Shown here piece by piece: positions 1 through 11,263 of a DNA stretch of 64,000 nucleotides. A program made the translations under genes and the position numbers. The notes below the pieces were generated by a model that worked only from the letters and a program-made list of their open reading frames with translations, did no database searches and was not told the DNA's origin. Source of the DNA: an uncultured Rivularia sp. (GTDB taxonomy: Bacteria; Cyanobacteriota; Cyanobacteriia; Cyanobacteriales; Nostocaceae); NCBI GenBank assembly GCA_963665115.1, contig OY762007.1:5888001-5952000 (forward strand), in the 5' to 3' direction. Each line of letters begins with the position of its first letter. Within the stretch, counting starts at the first letter, position 1.

Positions 1-8
1 GTTTCTCG

Positions 9-971
9 ATGACCCTGATAAAGCTCAAATACAGTGGGTTTGTCAACAAATCAAATCTCAATTTGGTGGTGGCTCTCGTTCGGTACGAGAAAACAATCAA
101 GACCCCCCACAGTCCTTTAATTGTCGCTTCTAATTACTCGATTGGTGATGATGACCCAATAATTCTGTCACGCTTGATTCGATTGGAGTTTGCAGGAACT
201 CCGAACCCTGCGGCTTTTCCAGAACTACGAGCAATATCCCGTATCTGTTCGTCTGCTCTACCCGATTTAATTAAGATTGGTTATGACCAAAAAGGAATCA
301 AAGACTTAGAATCGCAGCTAATCACCAAGTTACCAGCAGCTCATGCTAGGTTAGCATCCAGCTTGGCATTGATTGGTTACTACGCTTTTAAAGTAGCTGA
401 ACTTTCTAGTGTTGTTTCAACAGAAGAAGTTTGGAATTATTTAAGCTTATTATGCGGTGAAGCTAATGAGGATGAATCGAAGAAGGCTTCATTGGATGAC
501 TTTGTAGATAAACTTTTGATATTGCGATCGCAAACTGAAGTGGGTGAATGGAACTGTAGATTAATTACAGAAGATGGGAATCGAGAAAATGGAAATTATA
601 AGTCTCTCGCTGTCTATCTACATGGTGTTTGGTCATTGATGTCCCGCTATTTCAAAAATAATCTGCCTTACAGCCAAAAAATGATTCGACAGCAGATAGA
701 AAAAGTGGGAGGGAAGACTTATAGTAAGCAGAAGTTCCATTGTGACAGGGATTCTTCGATTACTTACCAACGGTTAAAAGTTAATGTTAGGGCTGATGTA
801 GATGGGGAGATTTTACAGCCCTTGCCCCCAGAGATGGTGACTCGCAGTTGTGTCGAAATTCCAATCGAGTTATTAAAAGAGCGATTATCAAGTTTTGAAT
901 CGGGCTTCGAGCAGTTCTATCAAGATAGCCAGACAATGGTTACTGCTTCGAGTGGAGTGAATAGTGGTTAA
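9..971 (+). CDS. C-terminal part of a probable plasmid primase/helicase-type replication protein (starts before the window)
   Basis: Segment LIVASNYSIGDDDPIILSRLIRLEF resembles the sensor/Arg-finger region of SF3/P4-like helicases; Walker A is not visible, so the gene is probably 5'-truncated. Confidence 0.4.
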   Translation: MTLIKLKYSGFVNKSNLNLVVALVRYEKTIKTPHSPLIVASNYSIGDDDPIILSRLIRLEFAGTPNPAAFPELRAISRICSSALPDLIKIGYDQKGIKDLESQLITKLPAAHARLASSLALIGYYAFKVAELSSVVSTEEVWNYLSLLCGEANEDESKKASLDDFVDKLLILRSQTEVGEWNCRLITEDGNRENGNYKSLAVYLHGVWSLMSRYFKNNLPYSQKMIRQQIEKVGGKTYSKQKFHCDRDSSITYQRLKVNVRADVDGEILQPLPPEMVTRSCVEIPIELLKERLSSFESGFEQFYQDSQTMVTASSGVNSG

Positions 972-1192
972 TAAAATTGATTAACGGTAACTGCTCCATC
1001 ATAGGTGGAATAAGTATTTGAGGGATTATGAGTTATCAGTTACTAGTAAACAATTGAAAAAACAACTTTTATCTCTTAACAAGTTGAAAAATTTATGTAT
1101 AGAGCTTCTTGAAGATATTTTTCATGCTAGTTTTGGGGATGTAAGGATTTCTTTACGTGTCTTCCTTAGTTTTTTTTGATTAGGAGAAAAAA

Positions 1193-1414
1193 ATGCTTCG
1201 CAGCTATGAGGCTATGATTGAAGACGGTAAAATTAAATGGTTAGGTTCGGAGCCTGAAATATTGAAGGCTCATGTAATTATAACGATTCTTTCAGATGAA
1301 CAACCACGAACATTACGTCGTGCTGCTTCTACTTCTATTGCTGGTAAAGGTAAAACTAATGGTAATATAGTTAGTTCCATTGTCTCAGAAGAAGATTGGG
1401 AATGTCTCAAGTAA
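1193..1414 (+). CDS. Small hypothetical protein, antitoxin-like
   Basis: 73 aa, GGAG RBS; N-terminus YEAMIEDGKIKW resembles short beta-rich antitoxins; ends EEDWECLK. Confidence 0.45.
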   Translation: MLRSYEAMIEDGKIKWLGSEPEILKAHVIITILSDEQPRTLRRAASTSIAGKGKTNGNIVSSIVSEEDWECLK

Positions 1415-1595
1415 TTGTCTTTGAAAGTATTGCACTATTTAAAATTTGCAAAAAATAGTAACTTTCTAAAATCCCTATCTGGTAAGGATTTAAAACATAT
1501 TTTGAATAGCAGTTACTGTCTGGGTGTTGAAAGTCATGGTTAAGTTTAAAATATAAATAAATAGAGCCGTCTTCAGAGAAAGCTAATAATTAAAG

Positions 1596-2150
1596 ATGAC
1601 CGTCACCACTGCAAAATGGACGCTTGAAGACTATCACCGTGCGGGATTGAAGTCGGTCTACTTTATGGTCGTCAGGTTGAACTATTGAATGGAGAAGTTG
1701 TAGAAATGCCCCCAGAAGGACCACTACACGCGCAGTTAAGTACAGATGCTGGGGACTATTTACGTTCTTTAGTTGGGGAAAAAGCACTTGTTCGTGATGC
1801 AAAGCCAATAACAATACCGGAAACAAGTTCCGAACCAGAGCCAGATTTAGCAATAGTTCAACCACTAAGACAACTTTACCGGACTCGTCACCCATATCCA
1901 GAAAATGTTTTTTGGGTAATTGAATATGCGAATACTAGCTTAAGTAAAGATTTAGACACTAAAAGAAAAGCTTAAGAAAAATGCTGATATTAAAGAATAT
2001 TGGGTTGTGGATTTGAAAAATCGCCTCGTCAAAGTTTTTCGTAACCCAGTTGATGGAAATTATGTTGAAGAAATAACTCTTACCTCGGGTGAGATAAGTC
2101 CAATAGCTTTTGAGGGAATAAAGGTTTCGGTAAAGAAATTACTCAGTTAA
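1596..2150 (+). pseudogene. Uma2 (DUF820) family endonuclease, disrupted
   Basis: Joined frames read MTVTTAKWTLEDYHR..VELLNGEVVEMPPEGP..SEPEPDLAIV..VIEYANTSLSKD..IKEYWVVDL; breaks near 1642 and 1973. Confidence 0.8.
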
Positions 2151-2809
2151 TATCTTTGAAAAGGGCGAAGGAAGGCAATCTTCACAGAACCATCTCTTGG
2201 TTCTGAAGCACTAGTAGGAAAAGAATATTACGACCCCACGGTTATTGATGGTAAGAAAATTGCAATACTGTTTTCTTTTCATAGAAGTAACCGTAGCTTT
2301 TGCATTGCAACTAATGGAAGTAATTCTTAGTTTATAAGTTTTAGAATTAATACTTTTTACAGATAAATATTTTGCCATCAGAGAATATTTTTTGCATTAA
2401 TTTACTAGTTTTAATAGTAATTATAGTAACTTACATAAAAAAATAGGCCTTCGTCTAGCAATCATCTATATTTTATTAGTTACTATTACTTATTTTAAAT
2501 AAATTAGAGTAACTGTAAACAGAATAAAGCAAACGTTTCTCTAGAATTATTTTCTAGGTGTACCACGGAAGTTGAATTGTAATTTATAATCTACAAATTA
2601 CACATTAATACGCTTCTCCAAGAAATAAAATATACATAATAATAAATTTTTAGTCATCTATACACAAAATAGAAGTTATTAATTTGACTAAAAAATATAT
2701 TATTTTCATAAATAAAAATACGAGTAACATCTCTAACAATCGGATGATGAAATTACGATACTCTTAGAGTTATCAAGTAAATAGAAAACAAAATGTTGCT
2801 CTATTTTTT

Positions 2810-3391
2810 ATGCTTTTTAAAGCGTCTAAATTTTCTGAATCACGCCAAGGAAACTATTGCAGAAAATATTTAATTAGTTCCCCTTTGATAGTACGAACTG
2901 GTTTATTTGTTTCATGTCTAGATTCAATTATTTGTCCGAGTTTGATTAGCTTTACTACGACAAGCTTTTTGGTATCTGGAGCAGTTGCAATTACTTGGCG
3001 ACAGTATTTAGATGCTTTATTTAATGTCATTACAAAGTTTTCTAAACGATATAAGGTAACTTCGTCTGCACTTACGGTTTTAGGCGCATTTCTACTGTTA
3101 GACGCTCTGTCAACTCCTGTGCAAGCACAGTTTTTTCAAAATGCAGAAACCTGGATGAGCGGACAGTTTGCAGGTGCGGATGAAGCTATTGTTTTATCAT
3201 TCAATGTACTCAGAGGCTTGTTCATCCTTTATCTAGGAATCTCTTTGGTAAAGGTGATTCAAGCCGCCCGCAATGATGAAGACTGGCAAAATTTAGCGAG
3301 AACACCAATGATTATTTTGATTGCAGTTACGGTAGGAGATATTCTTACAAATCTAATAATTGGAGGAGCAGGGGGAGGTGCTGGGGGGTAA
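2810..3391 (+). CDS. T4SS pilin-like (VirB2/TrbC-like) membrane protein
   Basis: Signal-like ..PVQAQFF then two hydrophobic helices; first gene of the operon leading to virB4. Confidence 0.6.
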   Translation: MLFKASKFSESRQGNYCRKYLISSPLIVRTGLFVSCLDSIICPSLISFTTTSFLVSGAVAITWRQYLDALFNVITKFSKRYKVTSSALTVLGAFLLLDALSTPVQAQFFQNAETWMSGQFAGADEAIVLSFNVLRGLFILYLGISLVKVIQAARNDEDWQNLARTPMIILIAVTVGDILTNLIIGGAGGGAGG

Positions 3392-3415
3392 GTAGGCAGT
3401 CGGCAGTCGGCAGTC

Positions 3416-3475
3416 GGTGAACCACTTGCGGTGGACGGGTTCCCCGGCATAAGCAAAGTGGTGAACCCGAAGGGC
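3416..3475 (+). mobile_element. Small dispersed repeat element (GGTGA...GAACCCGAAGGGC family)
   Basis: GC-rich ~60-bp insert inside a heptamer run; shares both ends with the element at 34746-34803. Confidence 0.6.
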
Positions 3476-3514
3476 AGTCGAGAAGGATTTTCTTGGAGTA
3501 ATTGGAGTAAATAG

Positions 3515-3862
3515 ATGGAGGATAAAAAGTATCGTAAAGTGAATGCCACTTTGGGTAAACAACCATCAATTGGTCCATTTCCTGCTGACCAGTTAATTCC
3601 TTGGGCAATTATTAGTGGTATTTCCTATTATCTTGCTCATGGTTTGTTGAGATTAAATTGGGTTTGGACTTGTGCAATAGCGGCTTGGGGAATAGCAACT
3701 TGGTGGATATTAACAGCCAATGGCGCTTGGCGAATTTTGTCTAAGTTTGTTGCAACTCCTAATTGGACAAGAGTACGTGCTAAGTATGAGGCAGTGGTAA
3801 GAGGCAGTCGGCAATCGGCAGTCGGCAGTGGTAAAAGAAAGAGAAAGAGAATTTTACATTGA
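3515..3862 (+). CDS. T4SS VirB3-like small membrane protein
   Basis: Two hydrophobic segments; sits between the pilin-like gene and virB4; the C-terminus is encoded by heptamer repeats. Confidence 0.55.
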   Translation: MEDKKYRKVNATLGKQPSIGPFPADQLIPWAIISGISYYLAHGLLRLNWVWTCAIAAWGIATWWILTANGAWRILSKFVATPNWTRVRAKYEAVVRGSRQSAVGSGKRKRKRILH

Positions 3863-4197
3863 GGATTGGATAGAGCGAATTAGCGAGCGTAGAAAAAAGG
3901 CAGTCGAAAGTAGGCAGTCGGCAGTCGAGAACAAAGAAATATTCGCTTGTATTTGCACCAAAAAACTTTTCCAACAGTTAGTTTTACTCAAAAATAATTT
4001 CCACTGCCGACTGCCGACTGCCGATTGCCCTCCCCGCGTAAATCTCTATAAGAACGTATTTCGCTGCTATTCACTTTGATGCTTCCTAAATCACTTTCCT
4101 ATTACCTCCTATTATCCCTTATGAGCTACCCATTCATAAAACAAAATTACTACTTTCTTCCCCCGACTGCCGACTGCCGATTGCCGACTGCCCTCTC

Positions 4198-6882
4198 ATG
4201 AAAGTTGTTGATAACGGAAAACAGAAAGTCCGCTTGACACCTCTTGAAGACTCATTTGCACTAGTCACTATGTTGCAAATTAATCTACAAGGAAAGTCTG
4301 TTGGGGCTTATGTTTTACGCAAAGGAGTTGACAACTATTTGATTCAATTTGGATTTGAATGTACGGGTGTTCATTCAACTTTAAGAACAGAACAAATAGA
4401 CCCGGTTTTCAATGCAATTGAATCAGGTTTGAAGGATTTACCACCTGGGGAACGTTTAACTATCCGTCTGAGTTCTTTTACTGACGACACCACCAGACAG
4501 CAGCAACTAAAAAATTTAAGTGAAAATGCACCCAACAAAGAACTCCAATTCCTTTTGATGGGAGAACGATGTAGAACACAACAATTAACTTTTAAAGGAG
4601 TACGCAAACCTAAAAAACTACGTCTTTATTGCACCTACACCGTTGAAACTTCTAGCACGGGTACAACCGATGCTATCGAGAAAATTCTTTCTAAGCTAGA
4701 GCGTTCTTGGAAATCTTTTACAGGAGAAATCAACGAACTTCAATTTATCGCCATCGAACGGTTAATCCACACATCATTTACTGACGGATTCCAATTATGG
4801 GAACAATTAATGTCAAACAAAATGGGGCTAGATATCCGCCCCTTAAATTCAGAACAACTTTGGTCTGAACTTTGGCAGCGATTTAACAACACACCATCAC
4901 GTCTCATACCACAACTTTTAATTTATGACGAAAACGGACTCCGAGAAGAAATTTATTCGGATGTAGCTCCTACATCTCTTCTTATGGAGTCCTCTTCCTC
5001 AATTCCCATCGCTGATAAACGTTGGGTGCATCTCAAAGACAAATATATTGCAGCTCTCACCTTCGCGGATAAACCCGGTGGTTGGGTTGATAAACAACAA
5101 CAACTTCGTTATTTATGGGAGGTTTTATCTAGAGAAAGAGTTTACGACACCGAGATATATTGTCAGTTGATGCGGGCTAATGAAACACTTGTTAAAACCA
5201 ATATGCAGCGTTTAACTAAACAATCAAACACATCTGCTGCATTAGCTCAAGACAAAAACTCGGTTGACGTAAAGTCTTTACTTAATATCAAAAAATCTAT
5301 TGCTGCCCAGGAAGAGCTTTATGAAGGTTCTGTTCCTATCCACGTCGCAACGATATTTTTGGTATATCGCAAAACTCGCGAACAGTTAGATGAAGCTTGT
5401 CGTTACTTACAATCTTGCTTTCTACGTCCAGCTTGGGTTGTAAGAGAGACTGAATATCCCTGGCGAATCTGGTTACAAACTTTGCCCATCGTTTGGGAAC
5501 GTTTAATGACTGCACCTTTTAATCGAAGGTTAGTTTATTTAAGTGGCGAAGTACCGGGATTAATGCCTGTAGTGAAAACTAAAACCGGAGACGGTAGCGG
5601 CTTTAGCTTGTTAGCAGAAGAAGGAGGAACACCCGTTGAACTAGATTTATATAACCAGCATAAGAACTTAGGATTATTTGCTACAACCCGTGCGGGTAAG
5701 AGCGTTCTAGCCTCTGGAATTCTAACTCAAGCACTAGCACATGGAATGCCAGTTGTAGCAATGGATTATCCTAAGCCGGATGGAACCAGCACCTTTACAG
5801 ACTACACCCAATTTATGGAGAAGGATGGAGCGTATTTTGATATTGGTAAAGAGTCAAGTAATTTGTTTGAATTACCGAATCTACGTTCCCTTCCCCAGAA
5901 GTTGCAGCAAGAGCGTTTTGAAGACTATAAAGATTTCCTCGCTACCGCAATCATGGCAATGGTTATTGGTAGTGGAGGAAATACACAAAGCAAACAACAA
6001 GTTGATGCAGTCCGTTCAATAATTGCTTTAGCTTTGAAAGCATTTTTTGGGGATGATTTAATTCGCGACCGTTACGCAGCTGCTTATACCAATGGGTTTG
6101 GTTCGGATGAATGGTTTGCGATGCCTACATTGCATGACTTTTTAAGTTTCTGCTCTTACGAACGTTTGCAGTTAGAAGATAATAGTGCTGATAGTAAAGC
6201 AGCCCTAGAAACAATCAAACTGCGTCTGCGATTTTGGCTTTCATCACGAGTTGGACAAGCTTTAGCGAAACCTTCAACCTTCCGTAGTGATGCGCGTTTA
6301 CTTATCTTCGCTCTCCGTAATTTATCCAACGATGAAGATGCTGCTGTTTTAAGTTTAAGTGCTTATAGTGCAGCATTGCGTCGAGCTTTGGCTGCACCAG
6401 CGAGCATCTTTTTCATTGATGAAAGTCCGATTTTATTTGAGTATGATTCAATTGCAGCTTTGGTTGGTCGATTATGTGCAAATGGTGCAAAAGCAGGAAT
6501 AAGGGTAATTTTATCGGCTCAAGACCCGGATACGATTGCACAATCTCCGTCTGGAGCAAAGATATTTCAAAATTTAACTACTCGTTTAATTGGACGAATT
6601 CAACCTACTGCGGTTGATAGTTTTACAACGATTTTGAAATATCCTCAAGAGATTATTGCTCGTAATGCGACAGAAAGCTTTTTTCCGAAAAAGGAGGATT
6701 TGTACTCGCAATGGCTGCTTGATGATAACGGGATATTTACGTTTTGTCGCTATTATCCAGCACCTATTCTGTTAGCTGTTGTTGGTAATAATCCAAAAGA
6801 ACAAGAGCAGAGAACACTTTACCTATCAAAGTATCCCTCGAAATTTGTTGCAATAACTGAGCTTTCTAAGCAATTGATTTAA
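4198..6882 (+). CDS. virB4: VirB4-family conjugative ATPase
   Basis: 894 aa; Walker A-like ATTRAGKS, Walker B FFIDESP, GAKAGIRVILSAQ; operon context. Confidence 0.85.
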   Translation: MKVVDNGKQKVRLTPLEDSFALVTMLQINLQGKSVGAYVLRKGVDNYLIQFGFECTGVHSTLRTEQIDPVFNAIESGLKDLPPGERLTIRLSSFTDDTTRQQQLKNLSENAPNKELQFLLMGERCRTQQLTFKGVRKPKKLRLYCTYTVETSSTGTTDAIEKILSKLERSWKSFTGEINELQFIAIERLIHTSFTDGFQLWEQLMSNKMGLDIRPLNSEQLWSELWQRFNNTPSRLIPQLLIYDENGLREEIYSDVAPTSLLMESSSSIPIADKRWVHLKDKYIAALTFADKPGGWVDKQQQLRYLWEVLSRERVYDTEIYCQLMRANETLVKTNMQRLTKQSNTSAALAQDKNSVDVKSLLNIKKSIAAQEELYEGSVPIHVATIFLVYRKTREQLDEACRYLQSCFLRPAWVVRETEYPWRIWLQTLPIVWERLMTAPFNRRLVYLSGEVPGLMPVVKTKTGDGSGFSLLAEEGGTPVELDLYNQHKNLGLFATTRAGKSVLASGILTQALAHGMPVVAMDYPKPDGTSTFTDYTQFMEKDGAYFDIGKESSNLFELPNLRSLPQKLQQERFEDYKDFLATAIMAMVIGSGGNTQSKQQVDAVRSIIALALKAFFGDDLIRDRYAAAYTNGFGSDEWFAMPTLHDFLSFCSYERLQLEDNSADSKAALETIKLRLRFWLSSRVGQALAKPSTFRSDARLLIFALRNLSNDEDAAVLSLSAYSAALRRALAAPASIFFIDESPILFEYDSIAALVGRLCANGAKAGIRVILSAQDPDTIAQSPSGAKIFQNLTTRLIGRIQPTAVDSFTTILKYPQEIIARNATESFFPKKEDLYSQWLLDDNGIFTFCRYYPAPILLAVVGNNPKEQEQRTLYLSKYPSKFVAITELSKQLI

Positions 6883-6909
6883 ACTTAATAATTACATCAT
6901 TAGAAAAGT

Positions 6910-7623
6910 ATGAAAAAAATCAATAAATTGACCATTAGTTTAGTTGGAATTAGCACAATATCATTAATTAGTATAAACGGAGCGTATGCTTTAGAAATAA
7001 AAAATCCTTTGATAACAGTAATTGAGCAATTGCAAGAACAAACTGGTTCTGTGAATAAATATATTTCCTCAACCATCTCCCGAAAATTAGATAATTTATC
7101 AGAATCTTTAGAGGGAGATTTACAAGCAGTAGTACAAGAAGCTGCTGGTATTTTAGGTTTACCGGATGCCGGAGAAGTTAGAAAGGAAATTGAGCAGATA
7201 GCATCTGATAACAACAATGCTGTAAATAGTGTTGACAGAGCAAGCAATGAGCTAGACCGTCAAATAACAAGGGCACAAACAGAAACGACTTTGAGTAAAG
7301 AGGCACAAGAAAGAATGAAAGCAGAAGTGGAAAAAACTCAAACGTCAATTGAAACAGTCTCCATCTTTTCTGATGCTGCTCAGAATGATGTAGTAACGCA
7401 AAATGTAATGAAACGTATTGCCCAACAAAATACTCAAATCACAGGTATTTTGGGTGCAATGCGAAGTGATGGATTGAAATCAAAACAGTCTCAAGACCTG
7501 GCGAATCTTAATTTGACCAATATTTCTCGCTCTTTAGATGGTCAGAATCAGTCACGTCAAAAAGAAGTTGTTGGTCAAGGGTTTAGTAACTTGAGAACTG
7601 CATCTCAAGCACGTCTTTTTTAA
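6910..7623 (+). CDS. Exported helical T4SS protein (VirB5-like position)
   Basis: Signal peptide ending AYA; Q-rich helical sequence; follows virB4. Confidence 0.55.
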   Translation: MKKINKLTISLVGISTISLISINGAYALEIKNPLITVIEQLQEQTGSVNKYISSTISRKLDNLSESLEGDLQAVVQEAAGILGLPDAGEVRKEIEQIASDNNNAVNSVDRASNELDRQITRAQTETTLSKEAQERMKAEVEKTQTSIETVSIFSDAAQNDVVTQNVMKRIAQQNTQITGILGAMRSDGLKSKQSQDLANLNLTNISRSLDGQNQSRQKEVVGQGFSNLRTASQARLF

Positions 7624-7696
7624 GGGCAGTCGGCAGTGGTGAGGAGAATAAAACGTGAGACAGAATTTGTGCGATTAGTGATGAGGTAATTCGTAT

Positions 7697-8745
7697 ATGT
7701 ATGGTTTTTTATTTACATCGACTGCCGACTGCCGATTGCCGACTGCCTTCTTCCTTGCTCAAGTAGACAATCCAGAACCCGGACAAGCTGCTTCTACGAT
7801 AACTGAGGACGGCATAGCAGCAAGTGAAGCTGTTGCTCAATCCATTGATAATCTTTGGGATGACGTTTTAGGTGGAGGTTTATATAGTGCGATCGCCAAC
7901 TTAGGAATATTCTTCGCTGTCGGTACATTACTGATTTTCATAGTGCAATGGACAAAGGAAATGATTGATGGGGATAGTTCCAAAGGATTTACCGAATTAA
8001 TCTGGACAATCGTTGTCATAGTCCCCTACTTGCAAACAACGGTCAACAATTAATAGCTGTGACTAAAGGTTTGAGAGGAATAATTAACCAAACTAACCAA
8101 ACACTTTTGGTTTCCACCTCTGCTTCCATCCAATTACAAGAAGCTTATCAGCAAATAATGCTCAAAACTGGTAAAACAGACGCAATTGAGTCATTGATTA
8201 ATCAATGTAATACCATTGCTGACCCAACGCAACAAACCGAGTGTTTACAAAATGCAGCCCGACAAGCAAAAACAATTGAAGCAGAAGCCGAGCAAGATAA
8301 CCGTCCTTCTTGGCTCCAAAATGCTAGTGATTTTTTCAACACCAATATTTTTCAATTAACAGTACGTGGTTGGCTTCTCGCACTTGCAGCTGCTTTTCAA
8401 TGGATAATCGAGATTTGTATGTTACTAACTGCATTACTAGGACCGCTAGCTGTTGGAGGTTCATTACTTCCCGTTGGTCAAAAAGCTATTTTTGCATGGT
8501 TAACGGGTTTCTTCTCGGTAGGAATGATAAAAATTTGTTTCAATATTATTTCCGGTTTGGTTGCCACGATGGTGCTAAATGCTGACAATAATGACCCAAT
8601 GATTTTTGCATTTGCAATTGGTATTCTTGCCCCAATTTTATCTGTAGCTTTAGCAGCAGGTGGTGGATTAGCTGTTTTTAGAAGTTTTTCAAGTATTGCT
8701 AGTTTTGGTCTTTCAACCTTCGTAACCAGAATTGTAAGTAAATAG
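7697..8745 (+). CDS. VirB6/TrbL-like polytopic membrane protein (split by a frameshift near 8023)
   Basis: ORFs 7697-8053 and 8059-8745 join across the GTCCCC run; several TM segments, LLGPLAVGGSLLP. Confidence 0.65.
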
Positions 8746-8752
8746 AAAAAAT

Positions 8753-9553
8753 ATGGCAAATTTAGATAGCAATTTTAAGTCAGAATCAACTGATAATAAA
8801 AGATTAAAGTTTTTAAATCGTGCATCCAAAAAATTTTCAAATGCCGATACTTTAGCATTGTTTGCTGTTGGGACTTTTGGATTACATTTAATCACATTTT
8901 TTCTGCTTATATTGCTCTATGGTTCCTATTCACAGCTAAATAAAAAACCACCTCCTTCATTGGTTCAATTAGAAACAGGTAAAGGAATTAAAGTTGCACC
9001 GTTGGGAAATGTTGAACGCACTCCCCAGGTAGTATCTCGTTTTGTTTCCGATACCATGACCTTGATGATGAACTGGTCTGGAACACTACCCCCTACAACT
9101 GTTGAAGAAAACGCAAAACCAATCAAGGACAAGGGTATAGACATTGGAGAGCGAGGATTAAGAGGAAATAAAATTACTTCAGGAGCATGGCAAGCATCTT
9201 ATGCATTATCAGAAGACTTTCGTAAAGAATTTCTCAAAAAGCTTGCGTCAATGACACCGCAAGGAGTTTTTAAAGGTACAACCCAAGTTGTTTTAATACC
9301 ACTATCAATTCAATCTCCTATCAAAATAGGTGAAGGTAAATGGAAAGTAAAAATGATTGCTAATTTAAATGTTTTTGACCAAAGTAATAGTATGGGGGAA
9401 GTCATTCCTTTTAATAAAGAGATATTTGTTAGAGCAGTTGTTGCTCCAACGGAACCTATAAATACCAGTGATTTAGCTGCTGTTATTTATCAGGTGCGTG
9501 CTAGTGGATTAGAAATTTATGCGATGAGGGATTTACAAGAGGAAAACTTATAA
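8753..9553 (+). CDS. VirB8-like bitopic T4SS protein
   Basis: Single TM near the N-terminus followed by a soluble domain; operon position. Confidence 0.5.
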   Translation: MANLDSNFKSESTDNKRLKFLNRASKKFSNADTLALFAVGTFGLHLITFFLLILLYGSYSQLNKKPPPSLVQLETGKGIKVAPLGNVERTPQVVSRFVSDTMTLMMNWSGTLPPTTVEENAKPIKDKGIDIGERGLRGNKITSGAWQASYALSEDFRKEFLKKLASMTPQGVFKGTTQVVLIPLSIQSPIKIGEGKWKVKMIANLNVFDQSNSMGEVIPFNKEIFVRAVVAPTEPINTSDLAAVIYQVRASGLEIYAMRDLQEENL

Positions 9554-11250
9554 TGGATGAGCAGCCATATCAAAATCATGAAACAGAATCGGATAAAACC
9601 GATAGTGATTGGAATGAAGTAAGCTTCGGGAAACTGCTTGGATTTCAAGACGATAATCAATCACATTTGGAAGAAGGAACTGCTTCCATTCAAGATAGTA
9701 ATCCCGAAGTTTCAAACAATCAAGCTGACGCTACAAATCCGATTGCAACTCATGAATTATTTGACTCTCCACATGAGGGGAAAACTCAACCGAATTTCTA
9801 TAGCAATCCTTTCGCTAAATTTGGCGCAGTCGGTTTAGTAATGCTTGTTGTATTCGGCTCGGCTGCGACAGTTCTAAACAGCATTATGTCAGGTAGTCTT
9901 AAAACTGCACCAACAACAGAATACTCAAAACAATCCAAACCCAAGGTAGAAATTGCTGATAATCCACAGGAAAGAGAAACGGGAAAATTAAAAGCAGAAT
10001 TAGCACTATCAACTCAAGCTGAAAAAATTAAATCTATTGAAGGTACTAAAAGCCCTAAAACGGCTGTAAGCAAACCAAAACCCAAAGTTAAACCAACTAT
10101 TGAACCTTCTATAAAAACTAACATTAGACCAACTCCAACAAGAGAATATTCTACACCCGTCAGAACTAAAATAGTTTCAAGACCGCCACGACCGACACGA
10201 GTTCCATATATACCTCGTCCGAAACCACAACCATTACCTGTAAGTTATAGTCCCCCTAGAGTTCCACAAATACCGAAATTTCAACCGACTGCAAATAGAA
10301 TAAGTAAACCAACTGCACCCAAACTTGAAGAAAAAATTGACCCGATGGAAGAATGGACTAAAATTAGTCGTTTGGGAAGCTATGGTTCAAGCGTAATTAC
10401 TGCAAATTCTGATAAGCAAGCCTCGGAAAGTACGCTTGATAACACTATACAAGAAGAAGCAAAACAAATAATCCCCTCTGCAACTTTAGTAAAAGCAGCG
10501 GATTATACAACTCAAATATCAAACAATAATGAGCTAGAACCGCTTCATACCGAAGAAGCTGCAATTATTGGGTATGAAAATAATTATCAATTGCAGGTGG
10601 GGGAATCTGGTGATGGAAAGTTATTAACCCCTTTAATTTGGAGTAAACATCAAAGCAAAAATTCTTTTCAACAATCTAAAAATAAGTCAAAAAGCGAAAG
10701 TTTTGTAATCGAACTGGAACAACCATTAAATACACAAGACGGTTTTGTTGTTTTACCAAAAGGTTCTCAAGTTGTAGCTCAAATTAACAACGTTAATCAA
10801 GGGGGACTCGTTGAACTACAAGCAACACAAGTTTTAATCAACGGACAAGAATACATTCTTCCACCAAATGCGATCGCCATTCGTGGTGACGAGGGAAAAC
10901 CTTTAGTAGCATCTCGTTTAAACAGTAAAAAGGGAGAAATTGCGCGACGAGATGCACAAACTTTTGCTGTAGGTTCTTTAGCGAAAGTAGGTAAAGTCCT
11001 CAACCAGCCAAAGGAACAACAAATATCAACGAGCAGCGGGTTTGGTGGTACTAATTCTTTCTCTTCTGTTAGAAGAGGTCGAGAAAATATTTTAGGAGCG
11101 GTTTTAGAGGGAGGATTTGAACCGCTAACTCAACAAATTCTTAAACGTAATCAGCAAGCACTACAAGAGCTACAGCAACAAGAAGATGTTTGGTATGTCA
11201 AAGCAGGTACGAATGTACAAGTCTTTGTTAATCAATCTTTTCAATTTTAG
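9553..11250 (+). CDS. TrbI/VirB10-like protein
   Basis: TM helix, long Pro-rich linker, C-terminal domain with VLPKGSQVVA and VKAGTNVQVFVN. Confidence 0.7.
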   Translation: MDEQPYQNHETESDKTDSDWNEVSFGKLLGFQDDNQSHLEEGTASIQDSNPEVSNNQADATNPIATHELFDSPHEGKTQPNFYSNPFAKFGAVGLVMLVVFGSAATVLNSIMSGSLKTAPTTEYSKQSKPKVEIADNPQERETGKLKAELALSTQAEKIKSIEGTKSPKTAVSKPKPKVKPTIEPSIKTNIRPTPTREYSTPVRTKIVSRPPRPTRVPYIPRPKPQPLPVSYSPPRVPQIPKFQPTANRISKPTAPKLEEKIDPMEEWTKISRLGSYGSSVITANSDKQASESTLDNTIQEEAKQIIPSATLVKAADYTTQISNNNELEPLHTEEAAIIGYENNYQLQVGESGDGKLLTPLIWSKHQSKNSFQQSKNKSKSESFVIELEQPLNTQDGFVVLPKGSQVVAQINNVNQGGLVELQATQVLINGQEYILPPNAIAIRGDEGKPLVASRLNSKKGEIARRDAQTFAVGSLAKVGKVLNQPKEQQISTSSGFGGTNSFSSVRRGRENILGAVLEGGFEPLTQQILKRNQQALQELQQQEDVWYVKAGTNVQVFVNQSFQF

Positions 11251-11263
11251 TAATCGTTTTTAG

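Larger units (their letters stand above)
3395..4192. repeat. GGCAGTC/GACTGCC heptamer tandem repeats, several clusters in both orientations
   Basis: Clusters at ~3395-3415, 3803-3830, 3899-3927 (GGCAGTC) and ~4002-4030, 4164-4192 (GACTGCC); also at ~7625, 7720-7747, 33938-33965, 34012-34040. Confidence 0.9.

Noticed and set aside
1456..1520. Replication origin at the AAATCC-N11-GGATTT dyad with flanking GTAAC/GTTAC motifs
   Set aside because: Short single dyad in AT-rich DNA; not enough support without comparison to related replicons
3259..4079. Overlapping short ORFs containing ADCRLPT or SRQSAV
   Set aside because: These are translations of the heptamer repeats or antisense shadows of real genes
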